Of a DNA stretch of 32,111 bases, positions 1-8,919 are shown in pieces. The translations under genes and the position numbers were made by a program. This stretch comes from Chthoniobacterales bacterium (GTDB taxonomy: Bacteria > Verrucomicrobiota > Verrucomicrobiia > Chthoniobacterales > UBA10450). The first letter of the stretch is position 1, and each line of letters begins with the position of its first letter. Under the pieces are notes generated by a model, which saw only the letters and a list, made by a program, of their open reading frames with translations, was not told the origin of the DNA and ran no database searches. The stretch spans positions 1 through 32,111 of the forward strand of contig DASTDG010000070.1 in assembly GCA_035710475.1 (NCBI GenBank). The letters run 5' to 3'.

Positions 1-1567
1 GAAAGATGCGGCCGAGCAATCCCGGCAGGAAAACCAGCGGGATAAACACCGCCGCGAGCGACAGTGTCATCGACAGGATCGTGAACGAGATCTCGCCGGC
101 GGTGTTGTAAGCAGCTCGCACAATCGACTCACCATGCTCCGACCGGCGGACGACATTTTCCAAAAAGACGATCGCATCATCGACAAGGAAGCCGATGGCG
201 AGGGTGAGCGCCATGAGCGTGAGATTGTTGATCGAGAAATTGAGCACGTACATGACCGCGAAGGTCAGCAGGAGCGACAGCGGTAGCGCGACGATCGGAA
301 TGAGCGTGTCAGTGGCGCGACCGAGGAAAACGTAAATCACCATCACCACGAGCATGAACGCGATCACGAGGGTGAAGCGGACATCGTGCACGGAATTGAC
401 GATCGTCTGCGACCGATCAAATACCGGCACAAGCGTGATCGAGCCGGGCAAACTCGCGAGCAGTTCGGGGAAAAGCGCTTTCACTGAATTGGCGACTTCG
501 ACTGCGTTCGCGCCCGCCTGCCGTGAAACGGCGAGCACGACTACCGAGCCCGGCGGATGGAATCCCCGCGCCCAAAACGTCCGCGACATGCGTTCGTCCT
601 GCACACTCTGGCGCACATCCGCGATGTCGCGCAAATGGACGGGCGAACCGTCTCGATTTTTTGCGACAATCAAATTGCGATAACCATCCGCGTCGTCGAT
701 TTGGCCATTTGGCTGCAGCACAAACGTTCGGTGGGCGCCGTCAAATTGCCCGGCGCCGGAGTAAACCGTGCCGGCTTTGATCGCGCTGGCGAGGTCATCC
801 ATCGTGAGACCGCGAGCGGCCAATGCCGCGGGATCGGCCTTGATTCGAATCGCCCCCTGAACGCCGTAGATGTTCACCTGCGAGACGCCCGGCAGGATCG
901 AGATGCGCTGAGCCACGGCGGTCGACGCGTACTTGTATAAATCGCCGTCGGTCAGTGTGTCTGACGTGAGACCGAGCAAGTAAACCGCCTGGTCGTTCGG
1001 GTTCGTTTTCGTGAACGTCGGTGGGCTCGGTAGGTCGATCGGCAATTTGCCCGTGGCCCGCTGAATGGCTGCCTGCACGTCAGTCGCCGCGTCAGTGATG
1101 CTCTTGCTCAGGTTGAACTGAAGAGTGAGCGACGTGTTGCTCTGCGAACTCGCACTCGTGATCAGGTCGAGGCCGGGAATTTGGAGAAATTGTTTCTCGA
1201 GCGGTGTAGCGATGTTGTTCGCCATCGTTTCCGGACTGGCGCCGGGATAGGAACAGGTCACTTGAATGATCGGGTAATCGACGGCCGGAAGGTCGTTGAC
1301 CGGCAGCTTGTTGTAGGTCGCGAGGCCGGCAACGATGACCGCGAGGGTCAGCAAAACGGTCATCACCGGACGCTGGATAAACGGACCGGACAATCCAGAG
1401 CCGGTGACTTGAATCAGCTTGGCGTCGGGAGTTTTCGACGGCGGCGCGGCCGCTTGGGATCTGGTTTGATCCTCGCCGTGCCGTAGCTCGGGGGATCGAT
1501 CTTGTGTTCTGTGCGACGGCTCGTGTTCGCCATCGGCAGCCCCATTCTCTTCGGCGATTCGATCCAT
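1..1567 (-). CDS. Efflux RND transporter permease subunit (AcrB/HAE1 family), N-terminal ~522 codons; continues past the window start
   Basis: Absent from the ORF track because it runs off the window. My reverse-complement translation from ATG 1567 stays open to position 1. It reads ...GLSGPFIQRPVMTVLLTLAVIVAGLATYNKLPVNDLPAVDYPIIQVTCSYPGASPETMANNIATPLEKQF... and ...ALTLAIGFLVDDAIVFLENVVRR..., which match the AcrB-type N-terminus/TM1 and the TM4 D-D region. It starts 4 nt after the adaptor stop. The first ~58 codons are low-complexity, so TTG at 1393 (MSGPFIQRPV) is an alternative start. Confidence 0.9.
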   Translation of the reverse strand, partial: MDRIAEENGAADGEHEPSHRTQDRSPELRHGEDQTRSQAAAPPSKTPDAKLIQVTGSGLSGPFIQRPVMTVLLTLAVIVAGLATYNKLPVNDLPAVDYPIIQVTCSYPGASPETMANNIATPLEKQFLQIPGLDLITSASSQSNTSLTLQFNLSKSITDAATDVQAAIQRATGKLPIDLPSPPTFTKTNPNDQAVYLLGLTSDTLTDGDLYKYASTAVAQRISILPGVSQVNIYGVQGAIRIKADPAALAARGLTMDDLASAIKAGTVYSGAGQFDGAHRTFVLQPNGQIDDADGYRNLIVAKNRDGSPVHLRDIADVRQSVQDERMSRTFWARGFHPPGSVVVLAVSRQAGANAVEVANSVKALFPELLASLPGSITLVPVFDRSQTIVNSVHDVRFTLVIAFMLVVMVIYVFLGRATDTLIPIVALPLSLLLTFAVMYVLNFSINNLTLMALTLAIGFLVDDAIVFLENVVRRSEHGESIVRAAYNTAGEISFTILSMTLSLAAVFIPLVFLPGLLGRIF

Positions 1568-1571
1568 TTAT

Positions 1572-2717
1572 TTAAAGCGCGCTCTTCGTTGCACTCGAGT
1601 CACTAGTAGGCCCGACCGGGCCATTGTACGGTTTTGGATCCACCTTTGTTCCCGGGCCAAGTGCAAGCTGACCAGTGACAACAACGGCTTCATTCGGCTT
1701 CACGCCGCTTTCAATGACCGTGAGATCAGCGTCCTGGCGCTGCCCGGGTTTAACGGGCCGCAATTCGACAGTGTCGTCAGGCTTCACCACAAATACGTAC
1801 GGACCACTTTGACTGATCTGCACCGCTTGCGAGGGAACCAACGTTGCATCTTTGATCGTGTCCAGAATGAAACGAACACGGACAAATTCCGATGGCCACA
1901 GCGCGCGATCCGGATTCGGCGTGACCGCGCGCGCTTTCACCGTTCCGGAACCGGGCTGGACTGCGTTGTCGATGAAATACAGATCGCCAAGTCGCGGCGC
2001 AATGTTGGCGTCCGGCGACCAGGTTTGCACTTTCAGGTTCGGACTGCCGAGATATTTGCGGACCAAGGCGAGATCAGTCTCCGCGACGGTGAAATCAGTG
2101 TAGATCGGGTCGAGACCCTGGATGGTGACGAGCGGCGGACTGGACGGGCCAACCAAGTTGCCGACGTCGACATTGCGCAGACCTATTCGTCCGTTGATGG
2201 GCGATTTTATATAACAGAAATCGAGATTAACCTGAGCAGCCGCGGCTATTGCTTCGGACTTGCTTGCGTTCGCCTGGGCAGTGTCGAGATCTTGGGGCGA
2301 GACGACATTACGGGCGCGCAGTTGCTGTTGCCGCTTCAGCGTAGCTTGGTCCAATGCGACCTGAGCGCGGGCCTGGTCGAGCGCGGCTTGATACGGGCGC
2401 GGATCAATCGTGAAGAGGAGATCGCCTTGCTTCACCTCGGCTCCGTCCTGAAAATGGCGCGCCATGATCTGGCCGCTGACCTGCGCCTGCACCTGCACGG
2501 TCTCGTACGCGGCGCACGTGCCAATCTCATCCAGATACAGCGGCACATCTTTGGTCGTCACCTGCGCGACGAGCACCGGTCGCTTCGGTGGTTGCGCCGC
2601 TTTACCCTCTTGCGCGCGATGCTGAACAACGCGGTAGAGAGCGAAGGCCGCCAAGACCAAAAAGAGAAGGTAAGCCCAACCGGGAATAGTCTGGCTCCTC
2701 GCGAGTTGACGCTTCAT
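1572..2717 (-). CDS. Efflux RND transporter periplasmic adaptor (membrane fusion protein, HlyD/AcrA family)
   Basis: 381-aa ORF with an N-terminal membrane anchor (GWAYLLFLVLAAFALY) and a coiled-coil hairpin segment (ALDQARAQVALDQATLKRQQQL). It lies immediately upstream of the RND permease. Its start overlaps the marR-like stop (ATGA at 2714-2717). Confidence 0.88.
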   Translation of the reverse strand: MKRQLARSQTIPGWAYLLFLVLAAFALYRVVQHRAQEGKAAQPPKRPVLVAQVTTKDVPLYLDEIGTCAAYETVQVQAQVSGQIMARHFQDGAEVKQGDLLFTIDPRPYQAALDQARAQVALDQATLKRQQQLRARNVVSPQDLDTAQANASKSEAIAAAAQVNLDFCYIKSPINGRIGLRNVDVGNLVGPSSPPLVTIQGLDPIYTDFTVAETDLALVRKYLGSPNLKVQTWSPDANIAPRLGDLYFIDNAVQPGSGTVKARAVTPNPDRALWPSEFVRVRFILDTIKDATLVPSQAVQISQSGPYVFVVKPDDTVELRPVKPGQRQDADLTVIESGVKPNEAVVVTGQLALGPGTKVDPKPYNGPVGPTSDSSATKSAL

Positions 2718-3283
2718 TTAGCACCTCCCGCGCTGGGCCAGCGTTCCCGTTGTTTTGTAATGCGCTGGCCGTTGCTCTTTTCGCCGTTGCCGGCCGACGC
2801 CCCGGCTCCGAGCCCGTTTGGCCGCGCCTTGTCACGCTTCTCTGCTCGCGCGCGGATACGGGTCAGCACATCGATGCAGGTCTGCAATTCTGATGCCGCG
2901 ACATCGGCCAGCAATTCATGGCGAAGCTCATCCGCGGCGGCGTTGATGTGCGAGATGACGCTTTGCGCGCGTCGACCCAACAGCACGAGCTTGCAGCGCC
3001 TATCATGCGCGGCATTGGCACGTTTTACCCAGCCTTCTCGCTCCAAACGGTGTAGTAATGTGACGAGCGTCGGCTCTTCGATTCCGAGTCGCTCTGCAAT
3101 TTCTGTTTGCGTTAGCGCCTCCGGTGCGATCGACAGGTGGAGCAAGGTCCGCCACTTCGCCTGACTCAAGCCCATCGGCTTTAACCGCTCGTCCAGCTTC
3201 AATCGCCAGGCGCGCGCGGTGCCGTGCAGCAATGGACCGAATATTTCCGGATCAATCTGGCTCATTGCGAGAATAGTTAGCAT
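2714..3283 (-). CDS. MarR family transcriptional regulator (probable true start ATG 3265)
   Basis: Contains a winged-HTH segment, LTQTEIAERLGIEEPTLVTLLHRLEREGWVKR...HDRR, typical of MarR. It is first in a marR-MFP-RND series. The ATG at 3283 lies inside the operator-like palindrome, so ATG 3265 (MSQIDPEIF...) is more plausible. Confidence 0.85.
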   Translation of the reverse strand: MLTILAMSQIDPEIFGPLLHGTARAWRLKLDERLKPMGLSQAKWRTLLHLSIAPEALTQTEIAERLGIEEPTLVTLLHRLEREGWVKRANAAHDRRCKLVLLGRRAQSVISHINAAADELRHELLADVAASELQTCIDVLTRIRARAEKRDKARPNGLGAGASAGNGEKSNGQRITKQRERWPSAGGAK

Positions 3284-3292
3284 CCTAACTAT
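3273..3292. promoter_or_regulatory. Candidate MarR operator: inverted repeat ATAGTTAG-catc-CTAACTAT
   Basis: Perfect 8-bp arms (3273-3280 and 3285-3292) with a 4-nt spacer, extendable with one indel to cgaga(a)tagttag/ctaactatctcg. It sits 8 nt upstream of ATG 3265. On the minus strand a TTGACA hexamer (plus-strand tgtcaa, 3301-3306) lies upstream, so the palindrome covers the position where a -10 element would be. Confidence 0.5.
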
Positions 3293-3323
3293 CTCGCGCT
3301 TGTCAAACAGCCGTGACCGCGCC

Positions 3324-4754
3324 TCAGGAACTCTCCACCGCGAACAAAATCACCGTTTCGTACCGGTAATCGGTGAATCGCAGCACTGGCCTCGCACGAC
3401 GCGGCCGCCATTGTTGGCTGTTTGAAGCGCTCTCCTCATCCTCCGGCAGAACAAGAAAGTAATGCGTGTCCGGCGGAAGTTCAGCCACACTGCTCACATA
3501 TCTAACGGCAGCATCGACATAGAAAAGAAATGGCTGATAGTTCGGGTCGACGGCGTACAAAAGCTCGTTGCGCGGAACGATTGAGTTGATCTGCTCGGCC
3601 ATATTTTTCACCTTGGGGCGATGTTTAAAAATCATCGCCGCGGCGAGTGGATAGCCAACCAGAACTGCCGCGGCCACAAACGCGACAAGCGGCTGCCCAA
3701 CGCGTGACCACAGCAGCTCAGGCGGTTGCTTCAGCCACGGCAACGGCGCAAACGCGTGCTCGGCGAAGCTTAGCCCGGTCAGAAGACAAAACGGCACCAG
3801 CACGGGCAGGCAATAGCGCGGTGCCATGCCTGGAGTGAGATTAATGAGCAGGAAGGGAACCACTATACTCCACGCGAGTGCCCGCGCCAGGTCGCGCTGC
3901 CTGGCTTCGGCGAACCGGCGCAGTCGTAGCCACGGGACAAAGACTAACCAGGGCAGAAAATAAATGAGCGATCGCGAAAGCATTTCGAACCAGTTCGCGA
4001 GCCGCAGGAACTCTCCCGTCACCCGGCCAGCGTATTGCCCGAGCCATTTGCGCATGATTAGCGGACTAGATTCCGTTTGCAGAAAAGGGACGGCCCAGAG
4101 GCCGAACACTGCAAGCATGATGAGCCAGCCGACGAGGTGGGCCGGGTGAATCAGGAACCGCCACTGTTTGTCGCGCCAGAGTACCGCCACAACTACCGCA
4201 TAAAAGAAGAACAGAAGGGTCGGACCCTTGGCCAGCCAGCCAAGGCCCAGAAAAATCCACGGCACGGTCCAGGTCAGCCAAGGTGAGCGTTTTTGTTCCC
4301 ACCAACTCAGCCAGCAGATGATCGCGAGTGCGCAGAGCGAAATGTAAAGCGCTTCGATTTCAATGAGTCGGCCCTTCTCGATCATGCCGAAATTCGTGAG
4401 CCAGACGAGCGCCGCGATCGTCGCACCGCGCGAACCAACACTGCCGCGCGCGACGGTGAGAAACGCCAGCGCCACGGCTAAGACGCAAACGACAGAAGGC
4501 GCACGCGCCGTCCATTCGTTGCGATGTCCGAAAAGTTTGAATGAGACCGCCACCAACCAGTTCACTAAGGGCGGCTTTCGGTAATAAGCCGCCCCGCCGA
4601 CTGTCGGGACCAAATAATTGCCGCTTTCGAGCATCGCCACGGCAGGCAAAATGCGCCGCCCTTCCTCGCCTTTGATTTCGAACGAGCCGAGGCCCGGCAA
4701 ATAAATCGCCGCCCAAGCGACAACGACGAGCAACCATGATGGCAGGCGCGACAT
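3324..4754 (-). CDS. GT-C fold glycosyltransferase, ArnT/PMT_2-like (GT39/GT83-type) polytopic membrane protein
   Basis: 476-aa ORF with many hydrophobic segments. It has an N-terminal motif region, IKGEEGRRILPAVAMLESGNYLVPTVGGAAYYRKPPLVNWL, typical of ArnT-like undecaprenyl-phosphate-sugar transferases, and a soluble C-terminal domain of ~100 aa. Confidence 0.75.
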   Translation of the reverse strand: MSRLPSWLLVVVAWAAIYLPGLGSFEIKGEEGRRILPAVAMLESGNYLVPTVGGAAYYRKPPLVNWLVAVSFKLFGHRNEWTARAPSVVCVLAVALAFLTVARGSVGSRGATIAALVWLTNFGMIEKGRLIEIEALYISLCALAIICWLSWWEQKRSPWLTWTVPWIFLGLGWLAKGPTLLFFFYAVVVAVLWRDKQWRFLIHPAHLVGWLIMLAVFGLWAVPFLQTESSPLIMRKWLGQYAGRVTGEFLRLANWFEMLSRSLIYFLPWLVFVPWLRLRRFAEARQRDLARALAWSIVVPFLLINLTPGMAPRYCLPVLVPFCLLTGLSFAEHAFAPLPWLKQPPELLWSRVGQPLVAFVAAAVLVGYPLAAAMIFKHRPKVKNMAEQINSIVPRNELLYAVDPNYQPFLFYVDAAVRYVSSVAELPPDTHYFLVLPEDEESASNSQQWRPRRARPVLRFTDYRYETVILFAVESS

Positions 4755-4907
4755 GCGCTGATTGTCCCGAAGAGGCCGTGGCGTGCAACGGCTATTCGTT
4801 GGTTCTGGATCCCACAGTGCGGATGATTGTCGATTTTCTCGACCGCGGATCGTAGCGCCGTTACGGGCGGGCGCCGTAAGTAAGCCGAACCTGCGGGCAA
4901 TCGCACC

Positions 4908-4935
4908 TTGACGGAACGACCTCGGAAATTAGATT
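4908..4935 (+). promoter_or_regulatory. Candidate sigma70-type promoter of the nusA operon (TTGACG-N16-TAGATT)
   Basis: TTGACG at 4908-4913, a 16-nt spacer, and TAGATT at 4930-4935, about 73 nt upstream of the nusA ATG. This is a motif match only. Confidence 0.35.
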
Positions 4936-4957
4936 AAGGCTCTAGTCCGCGCTGATT

Positions 4958-4987
4958 AGAGTGGGAACTGGTGTCCCACTCTTTTTA
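4958..4987 (+). terminator. Intrinsic-terminator-like hairpin in the nusA 5' leader (possible attenuator)
   Basis: AGAGTGGGA (4958-4966) pairs with TCCCACTCT (4974-4982) across a 7-nt loop and is followed by TTTT (4983-4986). It is nested inside an outer helix, TCTAGTCCGC (4941-4950) / GCGGACTGGA (4992-5001). No plus-strand gene lies upstream for it to terminate. Confidence 0.4.
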
Positions 4988-5007
4988 GTCTGCGGACTGG
5001 ATGTTTT

Positions 5008-6282
5008 ATGAACGCCGAACTCATCGCGATGCTCGATTACCTCGAGCGGGAGCGCGGAATCAAACGCGATATCCTGCTCGAAGCGGTCTCGAACGCCCTG
5101 CTCTCGGCTTCGAAAAAAAGCGTCAGCGTCTCACGTGATCTTCGCATCGACATTAATCCAACAACGGGCGTGATCCGCGCACTGGCCAACCCGCTCGTGG
5201 TGGAGACCGTGAGCAATCCGCAGGACGAGATCTCCCTCGCCAAAGCGCGCCTGATTAATCCGAACGTAAAGGTCGGCGACTCAGTCGAGATGGAAGTAAC
5301 ACCGCGAAATTTCGGCCGCATCGCTGCTCAAACGGCCAAGCAAGCGATGATGCAGCGTATTCGCCAGGTGGAGAAGGAGATGATCTACGAGGAATTCAAG
5401 GATCGTGCCGGTGAAATCGTTAGCGGCACCGTGCGTCGCTTCGATCGCTCTGACGTGATTCTCGATCTCGGAAAGTTCGAAGCCATCATGCCGCAGCGGG
5501 AACGCGTCGTGGTGGAAGATTACAATATCGGCGATCGCCTCCGCGCCTACGTCGTGGCGGTGGACAACGGCATCCGCGGCCCGGAGATCATCGTTTCGCG
5601 CAGTCACCCGAATTTCGTTAGGCGACTCTTTGAACTAGAAGTGAGCGAGATTGCCGACGGTACCGTTGAAATCCGCGGCATTGCGCGCGAGGCCGGCTAT
5701 CGCACGAAGATCGCGGTCTGGAGTGCGAATGAAAAGGTGGATCCCGTCGGCGCGTGTGTAGGCATGCGCGGTTCGCGCGTGAAAAACATCGTGCGCGAGC
5801 TCAACAACGAAAAAGTGGATATCATCCGCTGGAGCTCCGACCCCAAGGAATACATTCTCGAAGCGCTCAAACCGGCGAAGGTAAAGAACCTCCTCTTCGA
5901 CACCGAAAAGAAAAGCGTCCAGATCTCCGTGGACGAAGATCAGCTTTCGCTCGCCATCGGCAAGAAAGGTCAAAACGCGCGGTTAACGTCCCGATTGACC
6001 GGTTGGGAAATCAACATCGACAAAGACACTTCGGCCACCACCGCGGTCGAGCAAAAGGTTGCCCAAGCCGCCCAGACCCTCGCGGGTGCTTTGCCGGTCA
6101 CCCAAGAACAAGCTGTCACGCTCGTGAAATCCGGGTTCACGAATCTGGAGGGATTGCGTCATGCCGACGTGGAAGATCTGGTCGATATTCTCGGTGTTGA
6201 CCAGGCAAAGGCGCGCGAAATACACGAGGCGGTAAACCGAGAAGGTGCGGAGGAAAAAGTTGGCTCAGCCCAAAGCGCTTGA
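5008..6282 (+). CDS. nusA: Transcription termination/antitermination factor NusA
   Basis: 424-aa ORF. It has the N-terminal domain (MNAELIAMLDYLERERGI...), an S1 domain (GEIVSGTVRRFDRSDVILDLGKFEAIMP), tandem KH domains (DPVGACVGMRGSRVKNIV..., LSLAIGKKGQNARLTSRLTGWEINI) and a C-terminal HhH-like tail. It is followed by infB. Confidence 0.97.
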   Translation: MNAELIAMLDYLERERGIKRDILLEAVSNALLSASKKSVSVSRDLRIDINPTTGVIRALANPLVVETVSNPQDEISLAKARLINPNVKVGDSVEMEVTPRNFGRIAAQTAKQAMMQRIRQVEKEMIYEEFKDRAGEIVSGTVRRFDRSDVILDLGKFEAIMPQRERVVVEDYNIGDRLRAYVVAVDNGIRGPEIIVSRSHPNFVRRLFELEVSEIADGTVEIRGIAREAGYRTKIAVWSANEKVDPVGACVGMRGSRVKNIVRELNNEKVDIIRWSSDPKEYILEALKPAKVKNLLFDTEKKSVQISVDEDQLSLAIGKKGQNARLTSRLTGWEINIDKDTSATTAVEQKVAQAAQTLAGALPVTQEQAVTLVKSGFTNLEGLRHADVEDLVDILGVDQAKAREIHEAVNREGAEEKVGSAQSA

Positions 6283-6310
6283 GCCATGAACCAGTTTTTG
6301 CAAAACAGCA

Positions 6311-8572
6311 ATGCCAACCAAGTCGATCAAAAAACCGGCAACGCGGAAAACCGCCGCGTCGAAAACGGTAAAGGCTGCTGTTTCGAAGCCCGCAGCTAAA
6401 TCAGCCGCACCAAAGAAAGTCGAACGCAAACCGGCGCGACCAGATCGTGCGGCCAGGGCCGAGAATGCGGGCGCCGCGCCACTGCCGGAAGCACCAGCGA
6501 AGCCAGCGGAACCGCTAACGGGTCGTCATGAGGTAAAGAGTGTTTCGCTCATTGACGCCGAAAGACCCGAGAACAAGTCGGACAAAGACGGTCAGTTAAA
6601 GACCAAGAGCACAATTCTCCCGCCGATTTCCCGCATCCGCGCGTCGTTCGAGACGCCCACGGTTCCCCCGGTGCCGAAGATCGACAAGATCGCGCCGCCA
6701 GAAACTGCGCGGCCCGCAGAACTAACGACCGAGCCGACGCCAGTAGTACCCGATGGAATCGCGGCTCCGCCAGAGCCAGCACCGGAAGAAGAGGCGCAAA
6801 AGGTCATTCATATAAAGCCGCCGATCATCGTGAAGCAGTTGGCGACAGAGCTCGGTCTCAAGCCGCATCAACTCATAGCCGAGCTGATGACGTTCAACAT
6901 TTTCGCCAATATTAATCAGACAATCGAGCCCGACATCGCCGCGAAAATTGCTGAGAACCACGGATTCGTTCTCGAGAAGGAACGCCGCGAAAAAGGTGGC
7001 GGCGTGCACAAGGTCGAGCAGGTCGTCGTCGCGCCGCCCCCGCCGCTTATTACGCCAGAGGAAGAACTCAAGTCGCGTGGCCCGATCATCACTTTCATGG
7101 GGCATGTCGATCACGGAAAGACTTCGCTGCTGGATGCGATCCGTAAAACGCGTGTTGCCGCGGGTGAGGTGGGCGGCATTACCCAGCACATCGGCGCGTA
7201 CCAGGTCGATTACAAAGGCACCAAGATCACCTTCATCGACACTCCCGGTCACGCCGCGTTCACTGCGATGCGCGCGCGAGGCGCGAACGTCACCGACATC
7301 GTCGTGCTCGTCGTCGCGGCGGACGACGGCATCATGCCACAAACAGTCGAGGCGATTAATCACGCGAAAGCCGCTCCGCACGTCAAAATAATGGTCGCCA
7401 TCAATAAGATCGATTTGCCCGGCGCAAACATCGACAAGGTGAAAAAGCAGCTGCAGGAGCACGGCCTCACACCGGAAGACTGGGGCGGTGAAACAATCGT
7501 CTGCCCGGTGTCGGCGACGAAAGGCACAGGCATCGATCACCTGCTCGAGATGATGACGCTGCAAGCCGAAGTGATGGAGCTGAAGGCCTCCCCTACTGCG
7601 AAACCGCGCGGCACCGTCATTGAAGCCCAAGTCGAACCCGGCCGCGGACCCACCGCGAGCGTGATCGTGCAAATGGGCACGTTGAAAATCGGCGACCCGT
7701 TCATCTGCGGCGATTACGCCGGTAAAATCAAATCGCTCATGGACGATCGCGGTCAGCCTGTGCGCGCAGCTGGGCCGGCGACGCCGGTAAAAGTGGTTGG
7801 CTTCACCGGTCTACCAAACGCAGGCGACGAATTCCTCGTGATGGATTCGGAACGCGCGGCCAAAACGCTCAGCGAGGAGCGTCTCGAAGCGAAGCGCGCC
7901 AATAAACTCGCCGTCCCGCAACGCGCCACGCTCGAGAGTTTGCTTGAAGGACCAGCCGGCAAAAAGACGCTGCGCATTGTGCTGAAATGCGACGTGCAAG
8001 GCTCGGTCGAAGCGATTGTCGGCGCGTTGCAGCACATCGAGAGCAAGAAAGTCGATCTGGAAATCATTCACTCCGCTGTTGGCCCGATTTCCGAGTCGGA
8101 CGTTCTGCTCGCGAGCGCCTCGAACGCGGTCGTCGTAGGGTTCAATGTCAAGGTCGAAAGCATGGCCGTCCCGGCGGCGAAACGCGAAGGCGTTCAGGTC
8201 AAGCTTTACAGCATCATTTATGAGCTAATCGACCAGATCAAAGAAGCGATGGCTGGACTGCTCGAACCCGAGCACCGCGAGACCATTATTGGCCATGCCG
8301 AGGTCAAACAGGTTTTCCAACTCAGCAGAGGCATCGTCGCGGGTTGTCTCGTCACCGACGGCCGGGTTTCGCGTTCCGCTCGGGCGCGTGTGCTCCGAAA
8401 ACGTCAGCCGGTTTACGACGGCGGCATTTCTACGCTGCGCCGGTTCCAGGATGACGTGAAAGAAGTCCGCAGCGGTCTCGAGTGCGGCGTTAAGCTCGGT
8501 GATTTCAGCGAATACCAGGTCGGCGACATCATCGAATGTTACCAGCTCGAAGCTGTCGCACAGAAGTTATGA
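6311..8572 (+). CDS. infB: Translation initiation factor IF-2
   Basis: 753-aa ORF with a low-complexity Ala/Pro/Lys-rich N-terminus, GTPase motifs ([21 protein letters not shown]) and C-terminal IF-2 domains. It occupies the canonical position after nusA. Confidence 0.97.
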   Translation: MPTKSIKKPATRKTAASKTVKAAVSKPAAKSAAPKKVERKPARPDRAARAENAGAAPLPEAPAKPAEPLTGRHEVKSVSLIDAERPENKSDKDGQLKTKSTILPPISRIRASFETPTVPPVPKIDKIAPPETARPAELTTEPTPVVPDGIAAPPEPAPEEEAQKVIHIKPPIIVKQLATELGLKPHQLIAELMTFNIFANINQTIEPDIAAKIAENHGFVLEKERREKGGGVHKVEQVVVAPPPPLITPEEELKSRGPIITFMGHVDHGKTSLLDAIRKTRVAAGEVGGITQHIGAYQVDYKGTKITFIDTPGHAAFTAMRARGANVTDIVVLVVAADDGIMPQTVEAINHAKAAPHVKIMVAINKIDLPGANIDKVKKQLQEHGLTPEDWGGETIVCPVSATKGTGIDHLLEMMTLQAEVMELKASPTAKPRGTVIEAQVEPGRGPTASVIVQMGTLKIGDPFICGDYAGKIKSLMDDRGQPVRAAGPATPVKVVGFTGLPNAGDEFLVMDSERAAKTLSEERLEAKRANKLAVPQRATLESLLEGPAGKKTLRIVLKCDVQGSVEAIVGALQHIESKKVDLEIIHSAVGPISESDVLLASASNAVVVGFNVKVESMAVPAAKREGVQVKLYSIIYELIDQIKEAMAGLLEPEHRETIIGHAEVKQVFQLSRGIVAGCLVTDGRVSRSARARVLRKRQPVYDGGISTLRRFQDDVKEVRSGLECGVKLGDFSEYQVGDIIECYQLEAVAQKL

Positions 8573-8919
8573 AACATCGGCAAGTACGCGTAAACGAAGT
8601 GGTAAAGCGCGAGCTCAGCGGTATCATTGCTCGAGAGATCAGGTTTGAGGACGCGCTCGTCAGCATCAACGAAGTGGACGTAGCGGCCGACCTAAAATCA
8701 GCGCACGTTTTTGTGAGCGTGCTCGGAACGGCCACCGGCGCGAGCGTGATTGAGCAGCTCGAGGAGCATCGTCCTGACCTGCAGACGGCCCTCGCTCGGC
8801 GCGTCGTGCTGAAATACACACCGCACCTAGTTTTTCATTTGGACGAATCGATTCAGCGAGGTACGCGTGTCATCCAAATTTTACAAGATATGGAAGCGGC
8901 TGCGGGCGAAAACGAGTGA
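8569..8919 (+). CDS. rbfA: Ribosome-binding factor A
   Basis: ATG at 8569 overlaps the infB TGA (ATGA). [24 protein letters not shown]...VDVAADLKSAHVFVSVLG... is RbfA-like. The track start at 8536 is an upstream in-frame extension inside infB. Confidence 0.9.
   Translation: MKHRQVRVNEVVKRELSGIIAREIRFEDALVSINEVDVAADLKSAHVFVSVLGTATGASVIEQLEEHRPDLQTALARRVVLKYTPHLVFHLDESIQRGTRVIQILQDMEAAAGENE

Noticed and set aside
1809-3164. 451-aa plus-strand ORF spanning the adaptor and marR genes
   Set aside because: It is antisense to two well-supported genes. Its Arg/Ala/Gly-rich, low-complexity composition is typical of spurious antisense ORFs in G+C-rich DNA, and it has no recognisable motifs.
6722-7672. 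316-aa minus-strand ORF
   Set aside because: It is antisense to the infB GTPase region and has Arg/Asp/His-rich nonsense composition.
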